Notes under the pieces: generated by a model
What the model was told of the DNA's origin: nothing
What the model saw: only the letters and a program-made list of their open reading frames with translations
Database searches by the model: none
DNA from: Podarcis cretensis
Taxonomy: Eukaryota
Direction: 5' to 3'
Assembly (NCBI GenBank): GCA_951804945.1
Contig: OX638160.1
Coordinates: 37,448,001-37,512,000, forward strand
Length of the DNA: 64,000 nucleotides
Shown here: positions 50,781 to 64,000 of the stretch, in pieces
Layout of the letters: every line of letters starts with the position of its first letter
How positions within the stretch are numbered: position 1 is the stretch's first letter
Program-made: the position numbers and the translations under genes

Positions 50781-51208
50781 GTATAGATAAATAAATCAAG
50801 GTGATTGTAGACACCCAGAGCACAACCCCGCTGGCATCTGTAAGCAAAAGAGGCACCTCTGCAAAGTTAAGGTGTCTAGACTGAAGGCGTTATGAACCAG
50901 CACCCAGGAAACTCCCCATTGCCCCCTCTCGATTGATTCTCCCGCCAGGACCCTTCAGCCTCCCCCCCCTCCCCGGAAGACGAAAGCAAGGCAGCCGGTT
51001 GGTTGATTTACGTGGTATCTAAGAATTTTAAAAATATAATAAGAAAGTGTCAAACAAGTTCGAAAACGGGAACTTTTGCTCACTGACCGGATTAAAAAGA
51101 AACCACCTCAATTAAAAGCTTCAATTATTTTCACATATTCCTAGTCCGGGGTGGGGCGGGGAGAATAAGCTTAGTCATACAAGGCTTCCCAAAAGGTTTC
51201 GATTCAGG

Positions 51209-51216
51209 TAATAATA

Positions 51217-51261
<45 letters not shown>
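51209..51261. repeat. (AAT)n microsatellite
   Basis: Directly visible. Confidence 0.95.
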
Positions 51262-51262
<1 letters not shown>

Positions 51263-51936
51263 TCGAATACAGCTTAGCCTAGTTTTATTTGGTTAGTAAG
51301 AAAACACGCGGACGCAGATACGTCTCTCTGCAATAATTATTCTTCTTTGAGCCTCTTGGTAGCTGAGGAAAAGAATCTCGTCTGTTAAGCTTGACCCAGA
51401 CAATTTTAATAGTAATTCGGAAAGCAGGAAAGAAGTGAGGATGTCTCGACGTGGTTGTTATTGTGTGTTGGCAGTGGGTGGTGTGTTTTTTTGTTGTTAT
51501 TGTTTTTGGCAAAGGAATCCTCTCGAAAGTAGCTGAGGATACGACATCAGAAGCTTTGAAAAGGCTGAATCATTCCGGCAAGGACAGGCTTGTTTTTCTT
51601 GTTGACATTTTTTAACTCGTCAAGGAATATATCCGCAGCTTTAGTCTTTGTTTTTGTCTCAGTCTGGCAGGCAGAGGGGAAACCCGTCATGGCGAACTCT
51701 GCACAAATGCCCTTTATAGCCAGTACTTTGGGTGGTGGGGCTGCCCCTCTTCATATTTCTATTTAACCTGTCTGTTGTGGACTTCCCCAGACCTCACCTA
51801 GCAAGCAGCACACTAATCCCTCCCCCACAAACGTGGTGGAAATTTTAGGGTAATGAAAAGAAGGGGTTTTGCCTAGGCCTAAGGTAGCAAAGGTGATAAT
51901 GCTAACATCTGAGAGATCCACGCTTTTAATACATCT

Positions 51937-52031
51937 GGTTCAATTCTAAGCACGTTTACTCAGAAGTAAGTCCCCCCCCCCCCAGCCCATTAGGACTTTG
52001 GTCCCAAGTAAAGTGTTTTTAGGGCAGAGGC
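51937..52031. mobile_element. Hairpin-like repeat copy with poly-C insertion
   Basis: caattctaagcacgtttactcagaagtaagtcc(C)n...ggactttggtcccaagtaaagtgtttttagg. Confidence 0.55.
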
Positions 52032-54783
52032 CCACAAAATGTTTTCTGTGCCAATTGCCTGGGTAGCGATTTACACTTCCCTCCACAGACTCGGGTTTTT
52101 GAAAGGGCGCTTTAAAAACTATCCCTCAATTGGCTTGAAAGCCGTGAGCTTTGTCCCAGTTGCAATCTGGTTTGTTTCATTTCCGGAGTCCCATTACGGG
52201 ATCTATAAAACAGCAATAAGTTAAAACGTCTCCCCACCGTGTGCATTGTTTGCGCCCCTCATCGGGGTTTCACAGGCAACTCTCGATTACCTCCAATAAC
52301 GGCGAGTGCTTTCAAAGGACTTCCCCAATCTTTCCGCTAAAAGGTTACCTATAAATGCAATCGATAGTATAGGTGGGAGAGCTCAGAAGCAGAGAAACAG
52401 GAAGCTGACCATTCGCCGAGAACAACAAAAATGAGTAAATCACGTTTCAAACATTTTTACAGTGCAGATATATAACGTCAGGATGCACAAGGCACTCGAA
52501 AGTGGGAAACTTCATACGGTTGAAGGACAGGTAAAACATTTATTTACTCTCTATTAATATTTTCTGGAAGTTGTGCTAAGGTTTCCCTTCCCATCAGTTT
52601 TAATGAACCAAAATGCCATTCTCAAATCATCCTGCGAAGACCAGCAGCCAGGAAAATTCAGCGCAATATAACGAAGGAATCTCCCTCATTTTTCTTTTAC
52701 TCACCAAAAACCAAATAAAGCAGAATTTAAAGTAGAAAAGTGCATGCAATGCTCACCAGGTCTCTTAACGAGGTTATTTAGCAATATGCAATGTAATAAT
52801 AATAATAATGTCATGGTTGCAGTCCAATGTACAAATACATACATATATATATATAAAGATCTGCTAGTAGAAAAGTCCCCCCTCCCCAACTAGAGGTTCC
52901 GAGACCCACATCTGCTAAGCAGAAGCCTTGCCATAGACTGCAGCTTCTCAAATGAACCCAGACAAGCTCCCGGAGACACATTCCTAACCCAAGCAAGGTA
53001 AACAGCTGGAGTGGCCCCGTTTAAAAGAAAACATGCAAAACTCCAAAACTTTATATATATATATATACCTGTATAGCAGTACCCATCGATTTAAAATGTG
53101 TGACTACCCGTTTAACAGTGCGAGGATTTCCCCCATCCACCCCCTTTCCTCTCGGGCTTTCATTCAATCGAAGCCATAAGTCAAACAAAGTTAGAATACA
53201 GGTGCGGGGGGCAGTTACCCTCTTAAGCTTAAAAGCTCCGTTTCCCTAAAGTATAAATCCACTTGCAAATCCTTCTTAGGTTCAGAGATGTAACAGAAAG
53301 CAACATTTAGCTAACAGCCGCTAATCCAAACAGTTCTCGCAATCCCAGCTATTGTTTAGACTGGACGTGTTAGTAGCCCTTCCTGGTCCTTCCAATTCAC
53401 CACGCCAAAACATTCAGTTCAACAACAATATCTTTCCGGGGTGTCCCCTTCAAATCCCGTCTGCCACGTAAATTTTTTAAGCTCTCGCGGAAAAAGAATC
53501 CTTAAAGCGATACGGCTGGAGGTGGGCAACTGAAGGCCGATTTTTACAAATAGAGTTTTCCAATGGAGAACCACCCGCTACGTTCTGCGGGGGTGTGTGT
53601 GTGTTTGGATGTGTGTGTGTGTGTGTGTGTGTGATACTGGCGGTTGCCCCAGCTCACTCTGCTTCCAGTACCACCTTCAACCACACAGTGGCAGCACTGA
53701 GTACACTCCACTTGGCGATAAATAATCCGACATTCACTGCGGTTGCAGTCAGCCAGATACTGCAATGCAATGCACACGTAATTCTTTATCAGCTCGGAGA
53801 AGTGGGGGGGGGGCACCCATCGTTCTGAACACATAAGATAATTGCTTCTAATCTTTAACAACTGAAATGAATATTTGAAGATATGCAATCCGAAATATTT
53901 TCCTCCCAGAAAACCATTTTAAGGAGACGACACAAAATGGGCGCATAACACAAAATTACATACCCTTACGAAAATATTGCTTCACCACATCCCTCCATCT
54001 ACACCAATTTTGAGGATAATTTTCTATTATTTCATTAACCTGTTTTTCTCTCACATCCACACAAACACTCCCCCGTCTCCACCAAACAAAAAGCCGCATT
54101 TTGTGATTCTGAAGTAAGCTTCCTTATTGCATTTAATCCTTAGTTATCATTAAGGAACAAGCTGCATTTCGGGACTTTAAAAACCTCCTAATGTTATCCA
54201 GGCGCCATACGATATACGTGACAACCATGCTATTGTACGTACTTCTTCATCTGATGATGGAGCGATAAAGTGCATGCATAATCTAACCTCTGACGTTACC
54301 GGAATTAATTTCCAACATCTAAAATGAAGCGATAAGTTCCTAAACTCTCTATTTACATCGACAGATCTCATAGCAACAACAACCACGCATTAAACACAAA
54401 AAAGTCAAAACGCACCCGCTTTGCTTAAATTCACATTTTAGAAGCATTCCAGCTCTGCCTTACTATCAACGCAGCATTTAATGAGACGGTTTCTAAAATC
54501 TCCCGTAGCTTCAAAAAAAATACAGGTTCTTCTTAAGCAAATGTAGCTGCAGCCGGTGCCAAAATAGCATATCTACAGGCTCACTAGCAGTTCTGGTCTG
54601 TTTTGATTGCACCCGGCACAATCCAGGAAGCTTAGAGAGTCAATTGGCACCATCGCACCTTTGGCGGAACAACATTCTATGTCTAATCTGTTTCAGAGAA
54701 GGATGCTGATTTTCCAGGTTTGTCTAGTCTAATGTTATAACATGGGTTGCTCGTTCATGCTGGTAGTTCTCTGGATTTCTCAC

Positions 54784-55000
54784 CTTTTTAGGTTCTGGCT
54801 TGCAGGAGCCCCTGCTACTTTGACAGCTGTCGCTTTGGCTGCACCGGAGACGAATCGCCCTCCTTTTGGTGCCAGAAGAAGCAGGAAATTAGCCAGGTTG
54901 CGAGTTGAAAATCTGCCACTCCAGCGCTTTGAATCCAATATGCCACACCTTCCGGCGGAGGAACTGGAAATTGCCATCCAAGACCTGCATTCTAGGCGAC
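54784..55000 (-). other. Candidate distal first exon of long HOXA3-type transcript (5' limit unknown)
   Basis: Donor AAAAG|gtgaga at 54784/54783; the last ~80 nt (attcgtctc...aagcgacagctgtca...) resemble the start of the mouse Hoxa3 distal leader as I recall it; lies just downstream of a promoter-like conserved block. Confidence 0.62.
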
Positions 55001-55154
55001 TGCCTGCTCTGAACCTCCATCCACCCGGCTCCCTATTGACTTACAAAGGACAAATGAAAATCGGGGGTGGTGGAGGTGGGGGGGGGGGACTGAAAAGCCA
55101 GAGAGATCCGAAGCAGGACAGAGCTGAGCAAAAGAATGCAGCTCTATTCTCGCC

Positions 55155-55290
55155 AGGGAAATTATAAAAAAGTTCATGTTCACGGTTGCCATCCACATGA
55201 CCATCGGCAACCAATGGAGGAACGGAACCACTCATAAAGTTGTATTGCAAAGTTGTAAATTTTCATAAACAACAACGGATTTATGGCTCT
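55155..55290. promoter_or_regulatory. H8/7-6 four-cluster conserved element, probable distal promoter
   Basis: Minus strand CATAAATCCGTTGTTGTTTATGAAAATTTACAACTTTGCAATACAACTTTATGAG followed by CCAAT and CACATG motifs; between HOXA7 and HOXA6. Confidence 0.75.
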
Positions 55291-57157
55291 TTCCTCCTCA
55301 CTAAGAAAGAGGCAGGACTTAGAGAGGCGCCATTTTACCAGAGAGGCAAGCTCTAGATTTTTTAAAGGACCCACAGTCTGGACAATTTTTGAATTGCATT
55401 TTATAATAGGGGGAATATTAAAACTGTGCCACACGCTTTTAACAGAGCAGCAGGAAATCTGCCCTTATTCACTCACCACTCTTATTTATCTTTCCCTATA
55501 TATATATATATATATGAGAGATAGCACTCAGTTTTGCTTTAAATGAATAAAAAGGGGGCGGGGAGAAAAATTGCTCGTAGGAGAAATATTTTAGGAATAT
55601 GCTATGGAAATAGGTTCTATACGTGTTATATCTTTGCTGATGGCATTGTCCTTAATTCCGTGTTCCGGGGGCTACCGTGCACCCTACAGACGGCGCCTTA
55701 AAGCGCCTTATAGTCATTCCATTCCATTCCAGAAATTTCAGTGACTTCCTCTCCAAATTGCGGACTATACCAGCCTATATATACCTCGCGAGAGGCGTTT
55801 GAAAAACAAATCCTGAATTAGTTAATTAGGACCTACTTCGAAATCAGATGTATGTTTTCCAACGAACCAGTAGACTCATCTTAAGCAAAATCTCTCTTTT
55901 GTATCCCCATTATACTATGGGGAAGGAACTCTGATTGGAATCCACGAGATTTCCGCCCAAGTAATATTTGGGTTGCTTGCTGGGTGGCTAGCAGCCCGCT
56001 CGCTCATTCTCATATATAAAGTAGATCACTGTGAGAGCAGATCTTAGTGATTATATTAACATTTATTTCCAAGTACCAGGTTGACAGAGTTATAGTTAGT
56101 TGCTTTGGGTTGTTTTGTATATACTCGGGACTTTCGCATTTGGATGCGGGTCTGCATGCCTGCCTAAATGTGTATATAAATGTTTATATAGATATGTAAC
56201 TTTTAATAATAAAAAAGAGAGGATATTTTGTCAACAAGCATTTTTTATTTCTGTGTAACATAAAACACATCGAACGTGGGCGATACACAACAGCACCTCC
56301 GAAGAGTATTCACGCAGACGCACACACACACACGCACTTCCCGCCCCCTTCAATTTTAACACGAGATACCTCAATGTTCACAGTGGAAAAACACATTGTA
56401 ACGTACATTTTATGAATAAAGTTTAGCCAAAACTTTCAAGGCAGAATTTATTTATACAGAGTTGTCGACGTTGCTTCATGCTACAAAGTTTGCCTAACCA
56501 AGTACAGGCTTCCCAGCAGATGACATGGTATATTTATCAATGAGGTCCAAGAAAATCTGAAATGGCTCAAGCCTCCCTCGATCCAATATACAATATTCGT
56601 TCATTGTTATGAAAATTAACGTTGCTTCAGACTTAACACATTCTGGCAATAGGGAGAAGGGAATAAGGTGGCTGAGAATAGGTATATGTGGCCGGTGCTT
56701 AAATTCACATCTTTTTTTCAATTTGTTGCTTTGTGTTTTTTTCAGTTGCATCAAGCAGAATGGTAGAAAACTCAAAAGGGAACACTGAATCGGCCATGAA
56801 CAGAGCCGCACAAAAAGGACGCGATGAAACCGCTTTGTACAAATCTATTGCGATGGTTTAACCTCCATCAGATTCGGCCTAGCGAAGACTTGTGTGACGA
56901 AAGCTTACATTGCAGCATATTGTTTCCACTTAATAACAGCTTTAGAATAAATATATTATTATTATTATTTAAAAATTTTAAATTATACTCAACAACACCA
57001 GGCATCAAATCCTGCGGCGGACTTGGGAAGGCCTCCCATTTCAATTGTTTTCCCTTTTATACCTTATGCGCTAAGCTTCAGGTCCCACTAGGAAGTCCGC
57101 TTTAAGTATTGTCATCTTTCCTTTTTGCATTAATAAAATACAGCATAATTTTGAAGA

Positions 57158-57435
57158 TAGGTAGGCGGAGCTAGATAATAGGTAGTTTGGAAAATAGGTA
57201 GTACAAATCACTGCAGCTGAGTGTAGTGGTTTAAGTCATTGTTTTTTCCCGCATGGAATTAGAAATTCCCCACCCGCCCCAAATCCTTCTTCAGATTATT
57301 TTAAACAAAGACACAACAACAAAAAATTTCAGTAACTGGAAGTACATCGATTCTCATCGTAAATTAGGTAGTTTGAGTGTGAGCCTAATGCACTTGTCCC
57401 TTAGCGATTGATTGGGACCAGTAGAGTCAGGTAGT
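57158..57435 (-). promoter_or_regulatory. Cluster of miR-196 seed matches in HOXA7 3' UTR
   Basis: ACTACCTA 8mers at 57179-57186, 57195-57202 and 57365-57372; 7mer-m8 at 57429-57435; 7mer-A1 at 57158-57164. HOXA7 is an established miR-196 target. Confidence 0.85.
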
Positions 57436-57877
57436 TATTTGGAAGTTAAACTATATGGGGCTCCCCAGCGTCCCCCCTTTTTCTTTTTCTTATTATGTGC
57501 AAGTTACGACACCCCCCTCCCCTCACAGATATCAGGGCGGGGAGAAAAATCTATCCGTCTATCATGTAACAAAAAATAATAATACAACAGGTTTGGACAT
57601 TCACAGCCAAACTGGTCCGGGTGTTCAAGTGATAATTTTACTCTTAGTTTACACAGAGCTGTGTCTCGGATGCTCTGGGAATGCGGAAGGGCCAGTCGAG
57701 GTGAACTCACCTCTCCCCCCATCCCTTATAATTGGAATTGGCGATTACAAGGGTCTCCTTTTTAAATAGATTTTAATTATTATTTGAAGAGAGCATTTAC
57801 AATGTCACGTGCATACAGAAGACGAGCGCTGGGCTCCGGCGAAAGAGAGCCCGGGAGAGGGGGGGGGAGTTGTCCGT

Positions 57878-58200
57878 TCATTCCGCTTCCTCTTCCTCTT
57901 CTTCCTCCTCCTCCTCTACTTTCTCCACAGAGGCAGTAGCTGATGTGCTGTCGTTGGCCGCCGGGGCGCCGCTGCCGCCGCCGCCGCCGCCGCCACCTCC
58001 AGCTTCTTCTTTATGCTCCTTCTTCCATTTCATGCGCCGGTTTTGAAACCAAATCTTGATCTGCCTCTCGGTCAGGCACAGGGCGTGGGCGATCTCTATC
58101 CGCCGCCGCCGGGTCAGATAGCGGTTGAAATGGAATTCTTTCTCCAGCTCCAGAGTTTGGTAACGGGTATAGGTCTGACGCCCTCTCTTCCTATCCGGAC
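57878..58200 (-). CDS. HOXA7: Homeobox protein Hox-A7, coding exon 2
   Basis: Acceptor ttcttcag|GT CCG GAT; [64 protein letters not shown]; acidic poly-E tail; TGA. 323 nt. Confidence 0.97.
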
Positions 58201-58313
58201 CTGAAGAAAGGATTTGGGGAAGAACCCGGGAAGAACCACCGAAGTTAGAAGACCAGGAAATAGTTTTACAACAGCTTGCAAACAAATAAAAACAAAACCC
58301 TCCTATTTCCTAT

Positions 58314-58350
<37 letters not shown>

Positions 58351-58499
58351 GAGTCCCACCCCCACCACAATAAATGTGTGTGTGTGTGTGTGTCGGAAAG
58401 GGACAGCAGCATTTCAAGCCTGCTCATGCCTACTCAGAAGTAAGCTCCATTGAGTCCAGCAATGCGTAACTTCCTGGCCAGTGGGTAGAAGCTGACCGT

Positions 58500-58571
58500 C
58501 CAATTCTGAGACACGTCTACTCGGAAGCAAATCCCACTGACTTCCTGCACAGTATACTAAAAACTGAAGGC
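58500..58571. mobile_element. Hairpin-like repeat copy (degenerate) in HOXA7 intron
   Basis: caattctgagacacgtctactcggaagcaaatcccactgactt; a second remnant at about 58420-58475. Confidence 0.45.
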
Positions 58572-59240
58572 TTAGCTTTCCCTCAAGTGCCCCGGGCAAA
58601 GGCGACAAGCCGGGAGAGACTGGGTGGGTGGAGAAATTCGGGTTTTAACCATGTAGTTTAAATAAATAAACCCAGGCGGGAGAAAGAGGGCGATTGACTG
58701 AAAGCAAACTCTCTCCGGTTTTGCCCGCCACATTCCAGACTCTGGCGGAAGTCAAAGCGGTGTCTGGAACTCAGGGCTCGCTTTCGCTCCCAGTTAAAAG
58801 AGCAGGTCTTCCTGTCCTCCCGCAAAATTAACTGCAGGTTCGAGTTTGCGTCGCTCCAATAACACCTTTCTTTATTGACATACCTACCACTCACCGTCTA
58901 TATTTCTTGCGGAGGGTGGGTGAGATAAATATTAGGGAATCAAACGTTTTCGCTCACTCCAAGAATAGAAAGATCCATTTTTCCCCTCATATTTTTTTTT
59001 TCTCTCTCTCTCTCTCTGATACGTCCCCCACCCCAGTCCGCACCCCCGGCTCTTCTCTCACTCAGCATTACTCCCCCCCCTCCTTCGCCAGTGCGGGCGT
59101 GGAGAAGCGAGGCTCTCCCCCTGCCAGTCTCCGGCCACCTTCGCCATCACCCTTCCCATATTTCCCTAGGGCCCCGACCAAAAATTCAACCCAACGCTCC
59201 CATTCCATATCAGGGGGGGGGGGGAGAGAAAGAGAGAGAG

Positions 59241-59360
59241 AGTTAAATAAATTTACGAGGCTAGAACCCATTAATTGGGCAATAAAAAGTTTTATGAGAC
59301 TCATTTACATACAATGCCACGGGCTTTCTGCGCAATGGCGCCGCTTGCTCTAATTAAAAG
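59241..59360. promoter_or_regulatory. HB-1-type homeodomain-site cluster in HOXA7 intron
   Basis: TAAATTTACG, CCCATTAATTGGG, AATAAAAAGTTTTATGAG, CTAATTAAA clustered at the known Hoxa7 intron element. Confidence 0.65.
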
Positions 59361-59557
59361 CAGGCAGGCAGGCAGGGCAGGCGCGCGCGCGCTCCTTTCG
59401 TGGAAGTTGCCCCCGCACCCGCGTGGAAGTTGCCATTCGCCTTCTTGGCAGCGCTTTCAATCCAACGCTCCCCCCCCCCTCCGCCCGGCCTTCCCCGCCC
59501 GCATCTCGGTTTTGTCCCCCACCTCCCTCCCTCCCTTCCTTCCTTCCTCCCCCATAC

Positions 59558-59936
59558 CTGAAGACCTCATCCAGGGGTATATCCGGAAATTACTCTCCGC
59601 CTGGCTGTGCAGGTTGCTGTCCTCCGCTTTGTCACAGCTGGGTTTGGTTAAGTCATTGCAAAGGACGGGAATGTTCTGATCAAAAGAGGAGCAATGCAGA
59701 TTGTAGGCATCGGAGCCCAGGCTGTATCCGGAAGAGAACGGGCTTTGATATATGGTGCTGTTCACGTTGTACAAGGCAGGCATGGAGGAGGTGAACGCGC
59801 TAGCGCCTGGTCCATAGCCGCTTCTCTGCGAGTTGGTAGCAAAGGAGCAAGACGTGGGCTCCGCATTTTGGAAGAGAGAAGCAGCCCCCGTCGTATATTT
59901 GCTAAAAAGAGCGTTCACATAATACGAAGAACTCAT
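59558..59936 (-). CDS. HOXA7: Homeobox protein Hox-A7, coding exon 1
   Basis: MSSSYYVNALFSKY start; NFRIYPWMRSS; donor TCAG|gtatgg at 59558/59557. 379 nt; joined CDS 702 nt = 233 aa. Confidence 0.97.
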
Positions 59937-60125
59937 AATTTTGACCGGTGATTTGTGGTCCGGTAGGCTTCCGTGTCGGTTTTACGAGGTAGCGTGATAT
60001 ATGATAACATTACACCCCCAGATTTACACCAAACCCCATTTTCTTTTGGACTGAGCTGCCTCCACCACGTGACCAGTCATATGACCCCATCCTCCAATCT
60101 CCTCCTGCATCACAGGTGGTATAGA
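59937..60125 (-). promoter_or_regulatory. HOXA7 proximal promoter and 5' leader
   Basis: Directly upstream of the ATG; CACGTG near 60066, TTTTACG and TTTAC Hox/Cdx-type motifs. Confidence 0.55.
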
Positions 60126-63100
60126 TCAGGGTGGCTCACAAGGTCCTATGATGGAAGGGGAAGAGGATCGAGCCGACGCCTGGCCGATTCGAAGGCGAGG
60201 GGGAGACTTGGCCGCTCGGCCAGCTCCAACGGGGCCCGGGTTCCCGGAGCGGCTCCGGATAAAGCCGAGGGAGCGCCGAGATCAGCCCCGAGCCAGAGGG
60301 AAGCTAGAATAAGAAACGTCAACCCAGTGTTGTGAAATACACATTTTCCTCTTTGCATCTTTAGCCTCTCTACCCCTTTTCTCCTCGTCTTTTCTTTTTT
60401 TAAGGGGAGGAAAACAGCATTTCTGTTCTGCTCCTCCATATACCCCACTCCTCAGTCATATTTCCTGCAGAGCTGGAAATAAACCACAAACACAACTCTG
60501 AGTTTCCATGTATGTTTCCTGTTTGTTTTTCTTGTTTCTTATCACTCTCCGCCTTTCAGCTCTTCCATATTCCGAAAGGGGAGGGGTAGAGCTGCGGGAG
60601 GGAAAGTACATTAAAAAAATAAAATACAAAGGCAAGGTGCCCATAAAAATACCCCATAGTAAAAACAACCACCACCATTATTCAGGATGTGTTATCTGCG
60701 TCTGTCTACCTCAAGTGTGTGTGTCTGAATGAACTCATTTGGCAAATCCTTCTGTATCCTGCTCTCATTTATTTTTCCTCAGGAAAGGAAAGAGTGAAAT
60801 ATTTATATGAGAGGCTTCACAATTTGCTCGCAGATTTATTAAGATATTGACAGACATATTCGGCTAATCGCTGCTGGCAAGATGAGTGAAGGGTTGCTAA
60901 ATACGTGTTCTATCATCTCTCTCTCCCTCTTTTGCCAAATTCTCTTCCTCAGCAACAAAACACAAACAGAGAAAAAGCACAGCATATCTAAGGGAGGACG
61001 GGTGGGTATCTTTCCTAAAAAGAAAGGGGGGAGGAGGAGGAGGAGGAGGAGAAGAAGAAGAAGAAGAAAGATGAAGGCATTTGTCTACTTTTGCCTGTTC
61101 CTCTTACTCCAGGAAGGTTTATATCCAGGAGGAGTTTTTTGTTTTTTGTTTTTCGGTGATAATGCAGCCGGTCTGCCTTTACCAGTGCGGATTTCTTCTA
61201 TCCATTAGCATGCATATTTCAGCCACCACTACCCCCTCCCAAAAAAAAGATATAGTGGGAAATATAATAAAAACAAACGGACTTTCAGCACCTCTTATTT
61301 TTTAAAAAATCGAAGAGACTTGGGATGCGGACTCAGGTTTCTTTGTTTCATCTGGCTTCTTCTTTTTCCTCCCCCGCCCCCGGGGTAAATAAATACCTAC
61401 CTCTGGTTTTATGTGGTGGTGTTGGTGGTGTCGAGAGCGGTGGCGTGTGTGTGTGTGTGTGTCCCAGATCTCGGATAAGGCAGCTCCTTAATTTCTTAAC
61501 ATTCGGCCCCCGCCAAGCAATAAGAGAACACGCCATTGAGGATGTTGCGCCCTACCCTTCCTTTAAAACGGATCGTAAAACTAGTTTCCTTCCCTCAGAC
61601 GGGGGAGTTTTGGTAAAGACAGCTTTTACTGCCCTGCTATATTGCACATCATAAACTGGAAGGAGGACAATGAGATTGCCCCGGAAATTCTCCCTTTAGA
61701 TTATAGAGTTTGGTATCCTGTGTGTACAAAGAGGTTCTCACCAGTTTAAAATTATGCCTGGCCCATATTTCGCAGGGACCCTTCAGAGGGGCACATTTTG
61801 GCAACCCATGGGAGGGAAGGAGGGGGGGAGGGCTCATCTAAGGGGCCTGAGGAGGCCCGGGTGCAACAGGGGCTGGAGAGAGGTGTTGGTGTACAGTTTT
61901 GGAAAGGAAGGACGTTATTGTCATGAACTCATCTTCACAATCAGTGATATGGACTGGAGCCGGTCCTGGGCGCGGAGACCGCCCTTCGAGGTTTGCTTTG
62001 CTATTCCTAGGAGAGTACAGGCTGGTTGCATCGACAGACGTCTTTGGTTTTCATTCCGCCAAGATCGGTCAAGGCACCAAGATGGCTGTCAAACCCAAAG
62101 GAAGAAAACGTGTTTGTTGGGGGGGGGGGGAGAGAGGCGTGTGGTGCAAGATTGCGGGGCTACAATAATAATAATAATACCCCCTCAAAAAAAATAACCT
62201 CGAAATTTTAAGAAAGAAAGGAAAGCCTCCTGAGAAAAATAAAAAAGGCTAAGAAGTTAGAAGGGAAGGCGAAGGAAAAACCTGCCAAAGACGACGAGCC
62301 AGATCAAAGAAGCGGAATTAGACGGCATTCTGCCAATAAATTGCTCCTCTGGTGACAACGCAGCCAAGATGCCAGAAGAAAGCAGCAGCAAACAGAACCG
62401 ACAGTCTAGACTTGGGTATTGATAAGAGCAAGACAGAATTTTATCGATGAGTCTTTAAAGGACACCGTTAAGTGCAACTAGCATTGAGGCCGAGCTCTGG
62501 GAGGATCAAACCGCACACTGCTTTCTTAGACGTGTGTGTCTCAGTTCTGCTGGGATTATATAAATATATTTTAAAATCGCGTTTGCCTAAAGTCACTTCT
62601 TGGAAGTGCTACTTAAATTGAGAAGACCATCACACACACCCACACACACGCCGTTGTCCACGGCCTCCCCTCCAGGAAATAGGGCGTTTTATAATAAAGA
62701 CTCAGGACTAACCCTCGCTAAACGGAATGAGCTCCGAATCACCTCCAGAGTATAGACTTCCAGTATAAATAGCAAAAAAAGAGGGGTGAAATGATTATTC
62801 ACTTCTAAGCAATGTTTCCGGGACATATTACGGTACATGAATGCGGAAATTTAATGGTGCCCAGTTTTAGAAGATGCCTCTATTCTCCATCCCACTTAAA
62901 AAGAAAAAGAAAAGATATGTTGGAATGGATACTGCTTAATTATTTAAAGTTTTCCCTAGGTCACTCATTCCATCCAAAATGCCCTCTCCGCCCCCTTTAA
63001 AAAATTGTAACCTAGAAACTACTGCTTTCTAGGTTTCTCTAAACAAACCTCGTTTAAAAACAACCTCCACCCACAGAATAAAATGTTAAAAATAACGAGG

Positions 63101-63800
63101 ATGATTTAAAAACACACACACCAAATGGTCATTCTGCAGGGTGGTTTATTTTGGGATCAAGCAAAGAATTTTCTGCAATTTGGACTTGGGGTATTATTCC
63201 GCTGTTTCAGCTGCCTTCTTCCTCCTTTATTCCCTCCATTGATCACCCATTGTCCAAATTACTTACAACAAATGTATATATTCGTGTTTGCATTTTACTG
63301 TAGCTGAAGTCATTGAGGACAAGCTACATTAAAAGTACACACGAGACAATAAGAATTAACATTAAAAGCTGCCATGACCAGTCATTCGTTCATATAAACG
63401 ACATTTTCTACAGGGGATTTGTATTAAGTACAGTATATGTAAGTTCCATCCTAAATAAATGCACAATAAATTTCCAGTCTTTTTTAGGAATCCTCCTGGA
63501 TTCCTACTAAGGAATTACAATGAAATACCTTTGATAATCACATTTAGTGTGTCATTTGACTGCTAAACGTTCTTTTTCTCTTTTTGGCAGGGAAAAAAGA
63601 CGCAAACTTAAAGCGTTTTCCCAATAATGTTATTTGTCTTTCTTGGCTCTTAATTTCGGTACAGTAGGCACACATTTGTGGTTTGATTGTCTTATTTATT
63701 CACAAACATCGAGTCCATTCATCTATCTTCGGTATGTGTGTTTGTGTATATGGCTCATATACTAATCGATGGAGCCGTAGAATTCAGAAGTGAAGGAGAG

Positions 63801-63845
<45 letters not shown>

Positions 63846-64000
63846 ATATATATACAATATATACATAAACATACACACACACACATATGAAAGAGTAAAT
63901 AAAATGCCATAAGAGTTCCAGCCTAGATTCGTACAGGCATCTTAGTCCTGCGGTGTATTAGAACTGTTATCATCTGCACTGCATAATTAAACCGGGTCCC

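Noticed and set aside
62340-62358. Possible CTCF site between HOXA7 and HOXA9 (minus strand GTCACCAGAGGAGCAA)
   Set aside because: Several mismatches to the core; needs a PWM scan and alignment.

Overview
Vertebrate genomic DNA: the central HOXA cluster, with all genes on the minus strand. It holds complete two-exon coding regions for HOXA3 (420 aa), HOXA4 (338 aa), HOXA5 (314 aa), HOXA6 (235 aa) and HOXA7 (233 aa), each with a GT-AG phase-1 intron between the YPWM/FPWM hexapeptide and the homeodomain. HOXA2 would lie left of the window and HOXA9 right of it. The repeats (hAT MITEs, many ~90-bp hairpin elements, abundant microsatellites) point to a squamate, probably a lizard (inference). Recognisable cis-elements include three DR5 RAREs, the Hoxa3 r5/r6 enhancer, a probable Hoxa2 r3/r5 enhancer, HB-1 intron elements, the H8/7-6 conserved block, a CTCF site 5' of HOXA5, and miR-10/miR-196 seed sites. 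The most interesting unannotated structure is a chain of non-coding exons (about 54.8, 41.1, 23.3 and 7.9 kb) that could splice a ~47-kb-spanning HOXA3 leader carrying several upstream ORFs. At least one N-run looks like a masked ultraconserved element rather than a true gap. No CRISPR, tRNA, rRNA or autonomous transposon was seen. Comparisons with mammalian sequences are from memory and need alignment.
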